Positions 42,703 through 49,824 of a stretch of 64,000 nucleotides of DNA are shown here, piece by piece. The stretch is from a virus. The notes below the pieces were generated by a model, which was not told where the DNA came from, made no database searches, and worked only from the letters and a program-made list of their open reading frames with translations. Position 1 is the stretch's first letter. Each line of letters begins with the position of its first letter. The stretch spans positions 53,266 through 117,265 of IMG/VR virus record IMGVR_UViG_3300037346_000623; one strand, given 5' to 3'. Both the position numbers and the translations under genes were made by a program.

Positions 42703-43164
42703 TTAATTTGTAATTTTTTCAATAATAATTTCCTTAACTTTAACTGTGCTCGCCATACCTGGGAACTTTTTATTAAAAGCGCCGATAACTTTACCTGTTA
42801 AAACCTGTGCATTTAATCCGAGCCCATCCATTTCTGAGAGTAGCTCCATAACAGCAGATGTTATTTCTGAATCCCCCATTTGTTTAGGAAGATAAGATTC
42901 AATCGGTTTTAATTCGGCTGTTTCTTGTTCTACAAGATCCATTCTACCGGCCTTTGTAAATTCCTCTACTGATTGTTTTCTTTGTTTGATTGTGCTTATA
43001 ACAATCTTTAAAACATCAGCATCACTAAGCTCTGTTCCAGCTGGACCAGCTTTTTCAGATTCTATTATTTTGGATTTTAGACCACTTAAAGCGCTTTTTG
43101 CTACTGTGTCTTTTGATTTGAATGCTGCAATGTAATCAGCATTGATTTTTTCCTTTAGTGTCAT
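42703..43164 (-). CDS. GatB/YqeY domain protein (start MTLKEKI)
   Basis: L.E.I..D...A.K.KD, IKQR..S..EF..AGR.DL..QE..EL..IE.YLPKQM. Confidence 0.9.
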   Translation of the reverse strand: MTLKEKINADYIAAFKSKDTVAKSALSGLKSKIIESEKAGPAGTELSDADVLKIVISTIKQRKQSVEEFTKAGRMDLVEQETAELKPIESYLPKQMGDSEITSAVMELLSEMDGLGLNAQVLTGKVIGAFNKKFPGMASTVKVKEIIIEKITN

Positions 43165-43179
43165 ATTTTCAATTTTTAG

Positions 43180-43248
43180 TGGAATATTGGGACTCGAACC
43201 CTGCCTCCCACTGTTTAGTGGTTGCACATTCCCTTGTGCTTTTATCCC
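43180..43248 (-). ncRNA. Degenerate tRNA-like RNA
   Basis: T arm GGG-TTCGAGT-CCC and D stem; anticodon arm with a 4-nt loop. Confidence 0.5.
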
Positions 43249-43251
43249 TTG

Positions 43252-43331
43252 TGGATTAGACAGGAATCGAACCTGCTTACTGGCTGTCCCCTAAAAAGTG
43301 AACTGCTACTCTTCCGTTGAGTTACTAACCC
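43252..43331 (-). ncRNA. tRNA-like RNA with extended irregular anticodon arm
   Basis: Good acceptor, D and T arms. Confidence 0.6.
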
Positions 43332-43395
43332 GTGGCCGGGGTTTATGAATATTTATTAATCACCTCCAACGGGCCGACCCTTGGTGACATATTAT

Positions 43396-43785
43396 TTAGA
43401 TTGCTCCTTCTCCGCCGCTTATTAAATATAGCACAGATCTAATATTTCTCTGCTCGTTACCAAGAGCTTCTATTTTAATTCTCTTCTCCTGTACAGATCT
43501 TTGTGTTTTAGCAAGATCTGTCTTAGCAACAATTAATTCATGATTGTCTGCAGTTTTTTCAATAAAAGCAGCATCTCTTGCCTCTGCATTGCTATAAGCT
43601 TTTTTACCAGATCCATCTACAGTAGAACCTATTTCAGCTTTAATTACAGATTCAATCTGTGTGATCTTCTCTGATTGAGCTTGTGATGTTTCTGTTAATG
43701 CTAATAACCCCAACTGGGCTTCGATAATCTTTGCAGGAATCTCTAATAATCTATTAACTAATGATTCCAATCTCTCCTTTTCCAT
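43396..43785 (-). CDS. Hypothetical coiled-coil protein
   Basis: 129 aa ORF. Confidence 0.8.
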   Translation of the reverse strand: MEKERLESLVNRLLEIPAKIIEAQLGLLALTETSQAQSEKITQIESVIKAEIGSTVDGSGKKAYSNAEARDAAFIEKTADNHELIVAKTDLAKTQRSVQEKRIKIEALGNEQRNIRSVLYLISGGEGAI

Positions 43786-43806
43786 TTCAAAATGTTTAAA
43801 AATTAG

Positions 43807-43895
43807 TGATTAGAACAGGAATCGAACCTATACACGACCGAGGATACCCTACTTACGTAGATCGACGACCTATACTGCCATTATATTATCCAATC
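43807..43895 (-). ncRNA. tRNA-like RNA whose anticodon arm ends in a CTAC-GTAA-GTAG tetraloop
   Basis: GATTGGA/TCTAATC acceptor, D and T arms. Confidence 0.6.
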
Positions 43896-43982
43896 TATTT
43901 ATAGCTCACAAAGGACACAGCTTTAAGCTCAAAAATGTTCGGAATTGAGCTATAAATGGGGTCTTTATGAGCTTCATTTTAT

Positions 43983-44177
43983 TAAAATCCAATTCAGACT
44001 TTAGACCGCTACTAACACCCTGTTTCAATACTCTTGAATTTGTAGCTGAAGGTTTCCAAGCCTTCCCTCGACCGCCGTCGCGTGCGCTTACACTGGCTTA
44101 ATCCTACCCTCTTGGGATGACTTTCGTCTGTTCATCTTATTCACCCTTTTTTATTCTTACGAACTAATTGGATTTTA
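43983..44177 (-). ncRNA. Putative ~195-nt structured RNA
   Basis: TAAAATCCAATT...AATTGGATTTTA ends, GC-rich core, GAC-GAAA-GTC tetraloop. Confidence 0.55.
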
Positions 44178-44855
44178 TTCTATTATCTTAATCAAATCTT
44201 CCAAATTATATGCTATTCGCATATCTAGGGATTCTCTTTTATATATGTCTATTTTTTCTAGCCAGTATTCGTAATTCTTTCCTAGCCAATCTTTTCTTTT
44301 TTCCCTATTTATACCATCCAATTCGATCCAGATATCCTGGTCTATTAAATACACATCGCTAATTTTAGATGAATTGGGTATATTTTTATGAGCTTCAAAT
44401 TTTATATTTTTTGATTCAAGATATTCAAAACAAATTTTTTCAAGATTTGAATCATATCTGGTACCATACCCTGTCGTACCTATTTTACCAAATCCTCCTT
44501 TTCTACCAATATCTCTCATCCGATTCCTCTCATTTATATCTGAGAATCTTATTTTGTTTTTTTCCCTAATATTTTCTCTGTACCCTGTACTATTCCAATT
44601 TAATTTTCTTGAGCATGACATAGAACAGCTTTCTTGATCTTTTCTTTTCCAGGAAGCTATAAATTCATTCCTACAATATGCACAATTTTTTACTACTGCA
44701 GGATTCCCTGATCCTGTTATAGCTTTACTTATTTTTAGGCTGGTTGAAATTCTATTTAATGAGGTGCTGTATGATCTGCTGCACATAGGTGAACAGAATC
44801 TCCCTGAGCCATATTCGCCACCATGATCGGAATTACATTTTTCGCAAATATACAT
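44175..44855 (-). CDS. Putative homing endonuclease (Cys-rich N-terminus, PD-(D/E)xK-like C-terminus)
   Basis: CEKC...FCS..C, CAYC...CS.SC; S.LE...D...IWIELDG. Confidence 0.7.
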   Translation of the reverse strand: MYICEKCNSDHGGEYGSGRFCSPMCSRSYSTSLNRISTSLKISKAITGSGNPAVVKNCAYCRNEFIASWKRKDQESCSMSCSRKLNWNSTGYRENIREKNKIRFSDINERNRMRDIGRKGGFGKIGTTGYGTRYDSNLEKICFEYLESKNIKFEAHKNIPNSSKISDVYLIDQDIWIELDGINREKRKDWLGKNYEYWLEKIDIYKRESLDMRIAYNLEDLIKIIE

Positions 44856-44907
44856 TTTTTAACTTTTATTCTATATATCTTCGAACCATCGAATCTAAGA
44901 AAGCTTG

Positions 44908-44992
44908 TAGTCCCACCCGGATTCGAACCGGGATTATACTTCTCGTCTCTACTTTGTAGGAGTAGGATGTTTAACCGTTACACCATGGGACT
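44908..44992 (-). tRNA. Atypical tRNA, anticodon TAC (Val?), C33 and long variable region
   Basis: CTACT-CCTACAA-AGTAG; perfect acceptor and T arm. Confidence 0.6.
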
Positions 44993-45024
44993 TGCTGTTG
45001 GTATTTCTACCAGCTTATTACTTT

Positions 45025-45577
45025 CTATTTTACTTTCTTTTCTTTGGGTGCTTTCACCTTAGATGAAAATATTTCTTTTACCATTCCGTCGTGGTAGAAT
45101 ATTCTGGAATCAGGATAGGTCCAACCGTATTGATCAGCAAGTACCTGTGCATAATCCTCTATCGAATTAAGTTTAACTGATCCTTCAATTATTAGAGATC
45201 CGTATTTTTTGCCTATTGATGGTTCTTTAACCCATTCGAATTCTGAATATCTTTTCTTTAGTGATGCCAATGCTTCATCTGTTGACGTCTTTCCGTCAAC
45301 CCATAACTCTACTGGATATGACGAATCTTTAGCACTTGTCATCGGAGTTAAGTCAATAGCTGAATATGCACTATACCAACGATCCCCACAACATGGGCAA
45401 TCTGAGCCCTCATCAACACCATTCCAATAACCTCCAAGATCTTCAGCGATGGAATTTGCTTCATCTGAAGTATTTGCTTCTATGAATAATCTGTGACATA
45501 GTTTATCATCAACCCCCACTATTGTTTTGTGATATCTCGTAAAATTTTAAACCTGTCTCTTCTTTTTTTCTTGTCAT
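45025..45577 (-). pseudogene. Phage hypothetical gene with a frameshift near 45515
   Basis: MTRKKEETGLKFYEISQNNSGG* then VDDKLCHRLFIEA...CPCCGDRW in another frame. Confidence 0.6.
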
Positions 45578-45587
45578 CTTTTTTATT

Positions 45588-45818
45588 TTAAAAATAAATC
45601 CATCCTGCACATCTCTTTGGATACTTTGGTGAGAAATCTATGAAATCCTGATTTCCATCTCTAGTGAATCTATAGATTGATACTTTTTCTTTTGTTCTGT
45701 TTGCTTTGCTAAATTGTCTAACAAAATCATTGGGAACGTTATTCCAATAATGATATCTGCCTGGTGTGTGCCGTCTTCTTTGTGCCTCGGTCCAAGACCA
45801 TCTCTTTTTTGCTCTCAT
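45588..45818 (-). CDS. Small basic Arg/Trp-rich protein preceded by a uORF
   Basis: 76 aa ORF. Confidence 0.7.
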   Translation of the reverse strand: MRAKKRWSWTEAQRRRHTPGRYHYWNNVPNDFVRQFSKANRTKEKVSIYRFTRDGNQDFIDFSPKYPKRCAGWIYF

Positions 45819-45865
45819 TTTGTATTAGGTTATTTTACCTAATACATGTCGAATTTCTTTTTCAT
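45816..45865 (-). promoter_or_regulatory. uORF MKKKFDMY-TAG plus hairpin over the downstream initiation region
   Basis: TGTATTAGGT...ACCTAATACA then AAATG. Confidence 0.7.
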
Positions 45866-45881
45866 TGTTTAATTATTTTTG

Positions 45882-45954
45882 TGGAGACAGTGATAATCGA
45901 AATCACCCAAGAACATTGCAAGTGTTCTTCGCCAGCCTTGGTACATGTGCCCCC
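45882..45954 (-). tRNA. tRNA-Ala(TGC)
   Basis: GAACA-CTTGCAA-TGTTC, G3:U70. Confidence 0.8.
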
Positions 45955-45962
45955 AATTTTAG

Positions 45963-46035
45963 TAGCGTGTGCAGGGATCGAACCTGCGACCTAGAGTTTA
46001 TGATTCTCTCGCTCTGCCAACTGAGCTAACACGCC
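45963..46035 (-). tRNA. tRNA-Met(CAT)
   Basis: ATCATAA loop, GGCGTGT acceptor. Confidence 0.85.
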
Positions 46036-46076
46036 AATTCATAGGTTTTTAATTGAACCTATGAAAACAATCACTT

Positions 46077-46310
46077 TTACTGGTGATGTTTGACATATCT
46101 GCCAAATCTATCAACTCTAACCTCCATCTTGGTGAGGTTAAAATTCCAGTTTTGAAAAACACCCAAGCCAGATCTTTGTCTTGCTTGTTTAATAGCAGAT
46201 TGCTCTGCCTTTTCACGACCTTCTTCCGTAGTCTCTACGAAAAAAGTGGGAGCCTGAACACCAGTCTTACTGGTAGGAACTACTCTCCAAATTCTCAAAT
46301 TTTGAGTCAT
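46077..46310 (-). CDS. Small basic protein preceded by a uORF
   Basis: 77 aa ORF. Confidence 0.75.
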   Translation of the reverse strand: MTQNLRIWRVVPTSKTGVQAPTFFVETTEEGREKAEQSAIKQARQRSGLGVFQNWNFNLTKMEVRVDRFGRYVKHHQ

Positions 46311-46359
46311 AATATTTAGCTAATAGCTAAAACTATGTTGAATCGATGATTGTTTTCAT
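46308..46359 (-). promoter_or_regulatory. uORF MKTIIDST-TAG plus hairpin
   Basis: TTTAGCTA-T-TAGCTAAA just before the ATG. Confidence 0.55.
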
Positions 46360-46382
46360 GTTCTTAATTTATTTTAATTTTG

Positions 46383-46454
46383 AGCAGGTGGAGGGAATCG
46401 AACCCTCATATCCAGATTGGAAGTCTGGCATACTAACCGTTGTACTACACCTGC
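46383..46454 (-). tRNA. tRNA-Gly(TCC)
   Basis: CCAGA-CTTCCAA-TCTGG. Confidence 0.93.
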
Positions 46455-46501
46455 TTATTGGAGCCGGCACGATGATTCAATCGTGGATCTTCCGGCATGT
46501 G

Positions 46502-46574
46502 AGCGATAGATCAGATTCGAACTGACGATCTTTTCCTTGGCAAGGCAACGCTCTACCAACTGAGCTACTATCGC
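46502..46574 (-). tRNA. tRNA-Gly(GCC)
   Basis: TTGCCAA loop, U73. Confidence 0.9.
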
Positions 46575-46665
46575 ATGATCGGGTAGCGTCAAACTAAGTT
46601 TAATGTTAGTTTTATACCCGCTGGTTACATTTCCACAAAGGAAAGAGGCTTTACCAGGCACCCTG

Positions 46666-46739
46666 AGGGCGGACTGGGACTCGAACCCAGGACCATCTGA
46701 TTAACAGTCAGAAGCTCTAACCAACTGAGCTATCCACCC
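46666..46739 (-). tRNA. tRNA-Asn(GTT)
   Basis: TCTGA-CTGTTAA-TCAGA. Confidence 0.9.
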
Positions 46740-46792
46740 TTTTTAATCTTAGTTATTGCTAATAAATAAGTTTCCTTAAAATTAGCTATTTG

Positions 46793-46867
46793 TGGGACCG
46801 GAGGGACTCGAACCCTCATCTCTGGATTTTCAGTCCAGCGCGAACTGACCATCTGCGCTACAGTCCC
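46793..46867 (-). tRNA. tRNA-Phe(GAA)
   Basis: CTGGA-CTGAAAA-TCCAG. Confidence 0.92.
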
Positions 46868-46879
46868 TTTTGATTTTTG

Positions 46880-46953
46880 CTCTTCTGGCTGGATTTGAAC
46901 CAGCAACCCTCACCTTAACAGGGTGTCGCTCTAACCATTGGAGCTACAGAAGA
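46880..46953 (-). tRNA. tRNA-Asn(GTT), second copy
   Basis: CACC-CTGTTAA-GGTG, G73. Confidence 0.9.
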
Positions 46954-46959
46954 ATGTTG

Positions 46960-47070
46960 TGGAGTAGCTGGAATTGAACCATACTATCTGGGATAAGTAC
47001 TAATAGTCTTACTCTTGCTATCTAGAATCTGAAGCAGACCCTATCAGACATTTCCCAACCCTTTTACTCC
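46960..47070 (-). ncRNA. Oversized tRNA-like RNA
   Basis: GGAGTA/TACTCC-A acceptor and TGG-TTCAATT-CCA T arm around a ~70-nt insert. Confidence 0.5.
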
Positions 47071-47075
47071 GTTTG

Positions 47076-47156
47076 TGCCAGCAGAGGGACTCGAACCCCC
47101 GAACCCTTAGGGAACAGATTTACAGTCTGCAGTAATTGCCGCTATACGATACTGGC
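47076..47156 (-). tRNA. tRNA-Tyr(GTA)
   Basis: GCAGA-CTGTAAA-TCTGT, variable arm. Confidence 0.92.
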
Positions 47157-47164
47157 TTTTTTTG

Positions 47165-47238
47165 TGACCCCGATGGGATTCGAACCCATGACTCCCAAAT
47201 TAAAAGTTTGGTACTCTAGCCAGCTGAGTTACGAGGTC
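47165..47238 (-). tRNA. tRNA-Lys(TTT)
   Basis: CCAAA-CTTTTAA-TTTGG. Confidence 0.93.
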
Positions 47239-47412
47239 AGTATAATAAAGTTGTTTTTATTTAATAAACCTGCCCGGTTTATTATGATTTTTTAACTTTA
47301 GTACATTGATTTAGTTTCCGTTATGTCAAAGATCATATTTTTTAACATTGCAAATATATGAAATGCTTTCGAATTAAAAAAATATTTTTTATTTTTTTTT
47401 TTTTTATTTTTG

Positions 47413-47485
47413 TTGGGATACAAGGAATCGAACCTTGATTGCGTGGACCAAAACCACGTGTAATGAGCCATTATACCATATCCCA
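47413..47485 (-). tRNA. tRNA-Gln(TTG)
   Basis: CGTGG-TTTTGGT-CCACG. Confidence 0.92.
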
Positions 47486-47494
47486 TTTTTATTT

Positions 47495-47724
47495 TCTACT
47501 TCTTAAAATATTTCATATCAATACCCTTTGCAAATCCATCATTGATATAATCGTCAAGCTCATCTGGATTTATTCTTTTGTTTACCATAAGTAAATCATT
47601 CTTTATCCATAATTTTTATCTCCTGCTTGAGAAACCGAATTTACTTTCTCCATCATTTCCTTTTCTTGCCATTTCTATACTTTAGTTTAGCTTATACATC
47701 CAAACTAAAGTACGAAAAAGCGCC
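47495..47724 (-). pseudogene. Internally deleted remnant of a Seg-like homing endonuclease cassette
   Basis: Leader and ATGGCAAGAAAAG shared with the 35054 gene; C-terminal WIKND...KRINPDELDDYINDGF.KG fragment. Confidence 0.7.
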
Positions 47725-47726
47725 AG

Positions 47727-47797
47727 CACGAGCTGAAGGACTCGAACCTTCATCATCGGTTTTGGAGACCGGTATGCTACCATTGCACCAAGCCCGT
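47727..47797 (-). tRNA. tRNA-Trp(CCA)
   Basis: CGGT-CTCCAAA-ACCG. Confidence 0.93.
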
Positions 47798-47801
47798 GTG
47801 T

Positions 47802-48029
47802 TTATCTAGTTGCTTTATGAAACTCGTTATTATCTAAAGCCTTCCTGATATACCTCATAAAGAAGATGGCATTATCCTCTGCTAATAATGTTGCTTCACC
47901 TATATCATCCAATCTAACAGGAAATGTGTGATCGGTGTCTTCAGCGAAAACGCTATAATAAGCGATATTATTCTTTAAATGCGAGAATCTAACTTTGTTG
48001 TCTTTTACAATTTCTTTTATTGTTGCCAT
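47802..48029 (-). CDS. Hypothetical phage protein
   Basis: 75 aa ORF ending FMRYIRKA. Confidence 0.75.
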   Translation of the reverse strand: MATIKEIVKDNKVRFSHLKNNIAYYSVFAEDTDHTFPVRLDDIGEATLLAEDNAIFFMRYIRKALDNNEFHKATR

Positions 48030-48045
48030 TTCATTTATTTATTTG

Positions 48046-48121
48046 TCGGGATACAGAGACTCGAACTCTGATGATGTCCTGCTCCCAAAGCAGGCGACTT
48101 AGCCAATTAGTCCACATCCCG
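48046..48121 (-). tRNA. tRNA-Pro(TGG)
   Basis: CCTGC-TTTGGGA-GCAGG. Confidence 0.92.
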
Positions 48122-48140
48122 TTAATTTTAATTTCAGTCC

Positions 48141-48174
48141 AAAAAAAAACTCCAGATCTTTTAAGATCCGGAGT
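48141..48174 (-). terminator. Intrinsic terminator/attenuator in front of tRNA array 2
   Basis: ACTCCGGATCT-TAAA-AGATCTGGAG followed by T9. Confidence 0.9.
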
Positions 48175-48209
48175 AAAAATATTTAATGCTTATTTGACTA
48201 GTGCTTACA

Positions 48210-48338
48210 TTAAATTATATCGTGACCTCCAGATCCCTTGCTATATCCATTATACCATTTGGCAATGCCCACCTGATTAAAGGGTGCAATGCTCTGCGGC
48301 ATAAACGGTTTTACAATATTTCTAAAAGTTGTTTTCAT
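48210..48338 (-). CDS. Leader peptide 2 (MKTTFRNIVKPFMPQSIAPFNQVGIAKWYNGYSKGSGGHDII)
   Basis: 42-codon ORF between dual promoter and terminator; not in the ORF track. Confidence 0.7.
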   Translation of the reverse strand: MKTTFRNIVKPFMPQSIAPFNQVGIAKWYNGYSKGSGGHDII

Positions 48339-48351
48339 TGTGTTTTTAAAT

Positions 48352-48427
48352 TATAGATTTATATATCTAATTGATTTTAATATTTTATGTAAATTTATAA
48401 AAAAGTTTCGGATAAAAAAAATTATTT
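48352..48427 (-). promoter_or_regulatory. Dual promoter cassette, copy 2
   Basis: Near-identical to 36757-36832. Confidence 0.7.
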
Positions 48428-48443
48428 TTAATATATCAGGAAT

Positions 48444-48869
48444 TTATTTTATATAACTGTGATTCCATTTGGCTCTTATGCATGTCTGAGCTTTTCTTCT
48501 TTCCTTTAGATACATGTTGATATAACCCATCATATTACCACATCCTATTGGGTTTGCACTATGAACATAACATTGTGGTATATCCAGATTTGATTCTCTT
48601 GCTAAATTAATTAACCATTTAACAACATCCATACCGGTTTTTTCTGTTATTGAATCATAGCATATGTTGTAATTGAACCTTGTGTTTTTAAAGAAGTGAT
48701 CTATTGCACAAGGACCAAGATCATGATCTAATGATATTAATTCAACGTTATTTAGGCCTGTATTAAGGATCAATTTAACAAATTCATCATAATCTCTTAC
48801 AGTAACCCATTCTTTTCCTAGTGGATGCTCTAATGGTGTTCTAGTATCGTCTAAGTAGATTGATATCAT
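48444..48869 (-). CDS. Cyclic-phosphate-processing receiver domain protein
   Basis: IYLDD.R.P, W..VR.YDEF, ISLDHDLG, TG.D...W, VHSANP.G. Confidence 0.8.
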   Translation of the reverse strand: MISIYLDDTRTPLEHPLGKEWVTVRDYDEFVKLILNTGLNNVELISLDHDLGPCAIDHFFKNTRFNYNICYDSITEKTGMDVVKWLINLARESNLDIPQCYVHSANPIGCGNMMGYINMYLKERRKAQTCIRAKWNHSYIK

Positions 48870-48882
48870 ATGAATTTTTTTG

Positions 48883-48964
48883 TGATCTGAAAGAGATTCG
48901 AACTCTCACGCTTATTAGCACCGCCCCCTCAAGACGGCGTGTCTACCAATTCCACCACCAGACC
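48883..48964 (-). tRNA. tRNA-Leu(GAG)
   Basis: CCGTC-TTGAGGG-GGCGG. Confidence 0.9.
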
Positions 48965-48984
48965 TTTTCATTTTTTATATTTTG

Positions 48985-49057
48985 TACCCGGGGAGGGACT
49001 CGAACCCTCAAAATCTAGATCCTAAATCTAGCGCGTATACCATTCCGCCACCCGGGC
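48985..49057 (-). tRNA. tRNA-Leu(TAG), short variable region
   Basis: CTAGA-TTTAGGA-TCTAG. Confidence 0.88.
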
Positions 49058-49064
49058 AGGGTTA

Positions 49065-49313
49065 CTATTTATACTGTGTAATCCTATTATATTTCCAGGT
49101 TCTGTAAGATCTAGCATTAAACGTAGAAATTAATTTACCGTTACCATGTCTTCCCTTTTTTTTACTAGTCATGGGTGAACAATCATAATAGAAGCTTCCA
49201 CTTCTTTTGCAACATATAAAGCAATAATCATATTCATGCTTTAGGTATGTTAATTTATACTCCCTTGGAGTTAAACAATCGTTGAGCTTTGCTCTGTTTC
49301 TGTTTTTTGACAT
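49065..49313 (-). CDS. Small basic Cys-containing protein preceded by a uORF
   Basis: 82 aa, ends R.WK..R..QYK. Confidence 0.75.
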   Translation of the reverse strand: MSKNRNRAKLNDCLTPREYKLTYLKHEYDYCFICCKRSGSFYYDCSPMTSKKKGRHGNGKLISTFNARSYRTWKYNRITQYK

Positions 49314-49361
49314 TTTGCATTGGTTATATTAAACCTAATGCATATCGAATTGTTTTTTCAT
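49311..49361 (-). promoter_or_regulatory. uORF MKKQFDMH-TAG plus hairpin
   Basis: TGCATTAGGTT...AACCAATGCA then AAATG. Confidence 0.7.
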
Positions 49362-49374
49362 TTTTAGTTATTTG

Positions 49375-49448
49375 TGACCCCGGAAGGGTTCGAACCTTCG
49401 ACCCTCAGATTAGAAATCTGATGCTCTATCCAACTGAGCTACGGAGCC
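49375..49448 (-). tRNA. tRNA-Arg(TCT)
   Basis: TCAGA-TTTCTAA-TCTGA. Confidence 0.94.
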
Positions 49449-49525
49449 ATTATTGTTTTTAATTATATTGCAAATATATGAAATCCTTTCGGAATAAAAA
49501 AATAATTTTTGATATTTTTCTAAAT

Positions 49526-49554
49526 TAAAAAGGGTCTAGTAAACTAGACCCTTT
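49526..49554. terminator. Hairpin terminator
   Basis: AAAAGGGTCTAGT-AA-ACTAGACCCTTT. Confidence 0.8.
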
Positions 49555-49575
49555 AGATATAAACATTATTCTGAT

Positions 49576-49740
49576 TTATGTCTTTGTTGTGTCTACTTTA
49601 ATTGTTGCTGTATCTACTTCTGTAGAATCAACTTTAGTTGTATCAACTGCTGCATCGGTAGAATTTTTAGCATCTACATTTTTGCATGAGTTTATTCCCA
49701 GTGGGAGTAGTAATACAAGTAAGAATAATAGCCTTTTCAT
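49576..49740 (-). CDS. 54-aa lipoprotein with D-S/T repeats
   Basis: MKRLLFLLVLLLPLGINSC-KNVDAKNSTDAAVDTTKVDSTEVDTATIKVDTTKT; late box at 49769. Confidence 0.75.
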   Translation of the reverse strand: MKRLLFLLVLLLPLGINSCKNVDAKNSTDAAVDTTKVDSTEVDTATIKVDTTKT

Positions 49741-49824
49741 TTTTAGTAATTTTAATTTTTAGTAATTTTATATATCAATAATTATATCAAAATTTTGAAT
49801 TTTGTTTCAATTATCAAAATTTTT

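Noticed and set aside
44908-44992. Amber suppressor tRNA (CTA within the loop)
   Set aside because: With the 5-bp stem the central triplet is TAC, and TAG is used as a normal stop in several genes
36365-46664. HDV-like (theta) ribozymes after tRNA 3' ends (36365-36475, 46575-46664)
   Set aside because: The spacers are structured, but I could not fit the nested double pseudoknot; a motif search is needed
35234-47486. Short ORFs at 35234, 36307, 46455 and 47298
   Set aside because: They overlap tRNA genes
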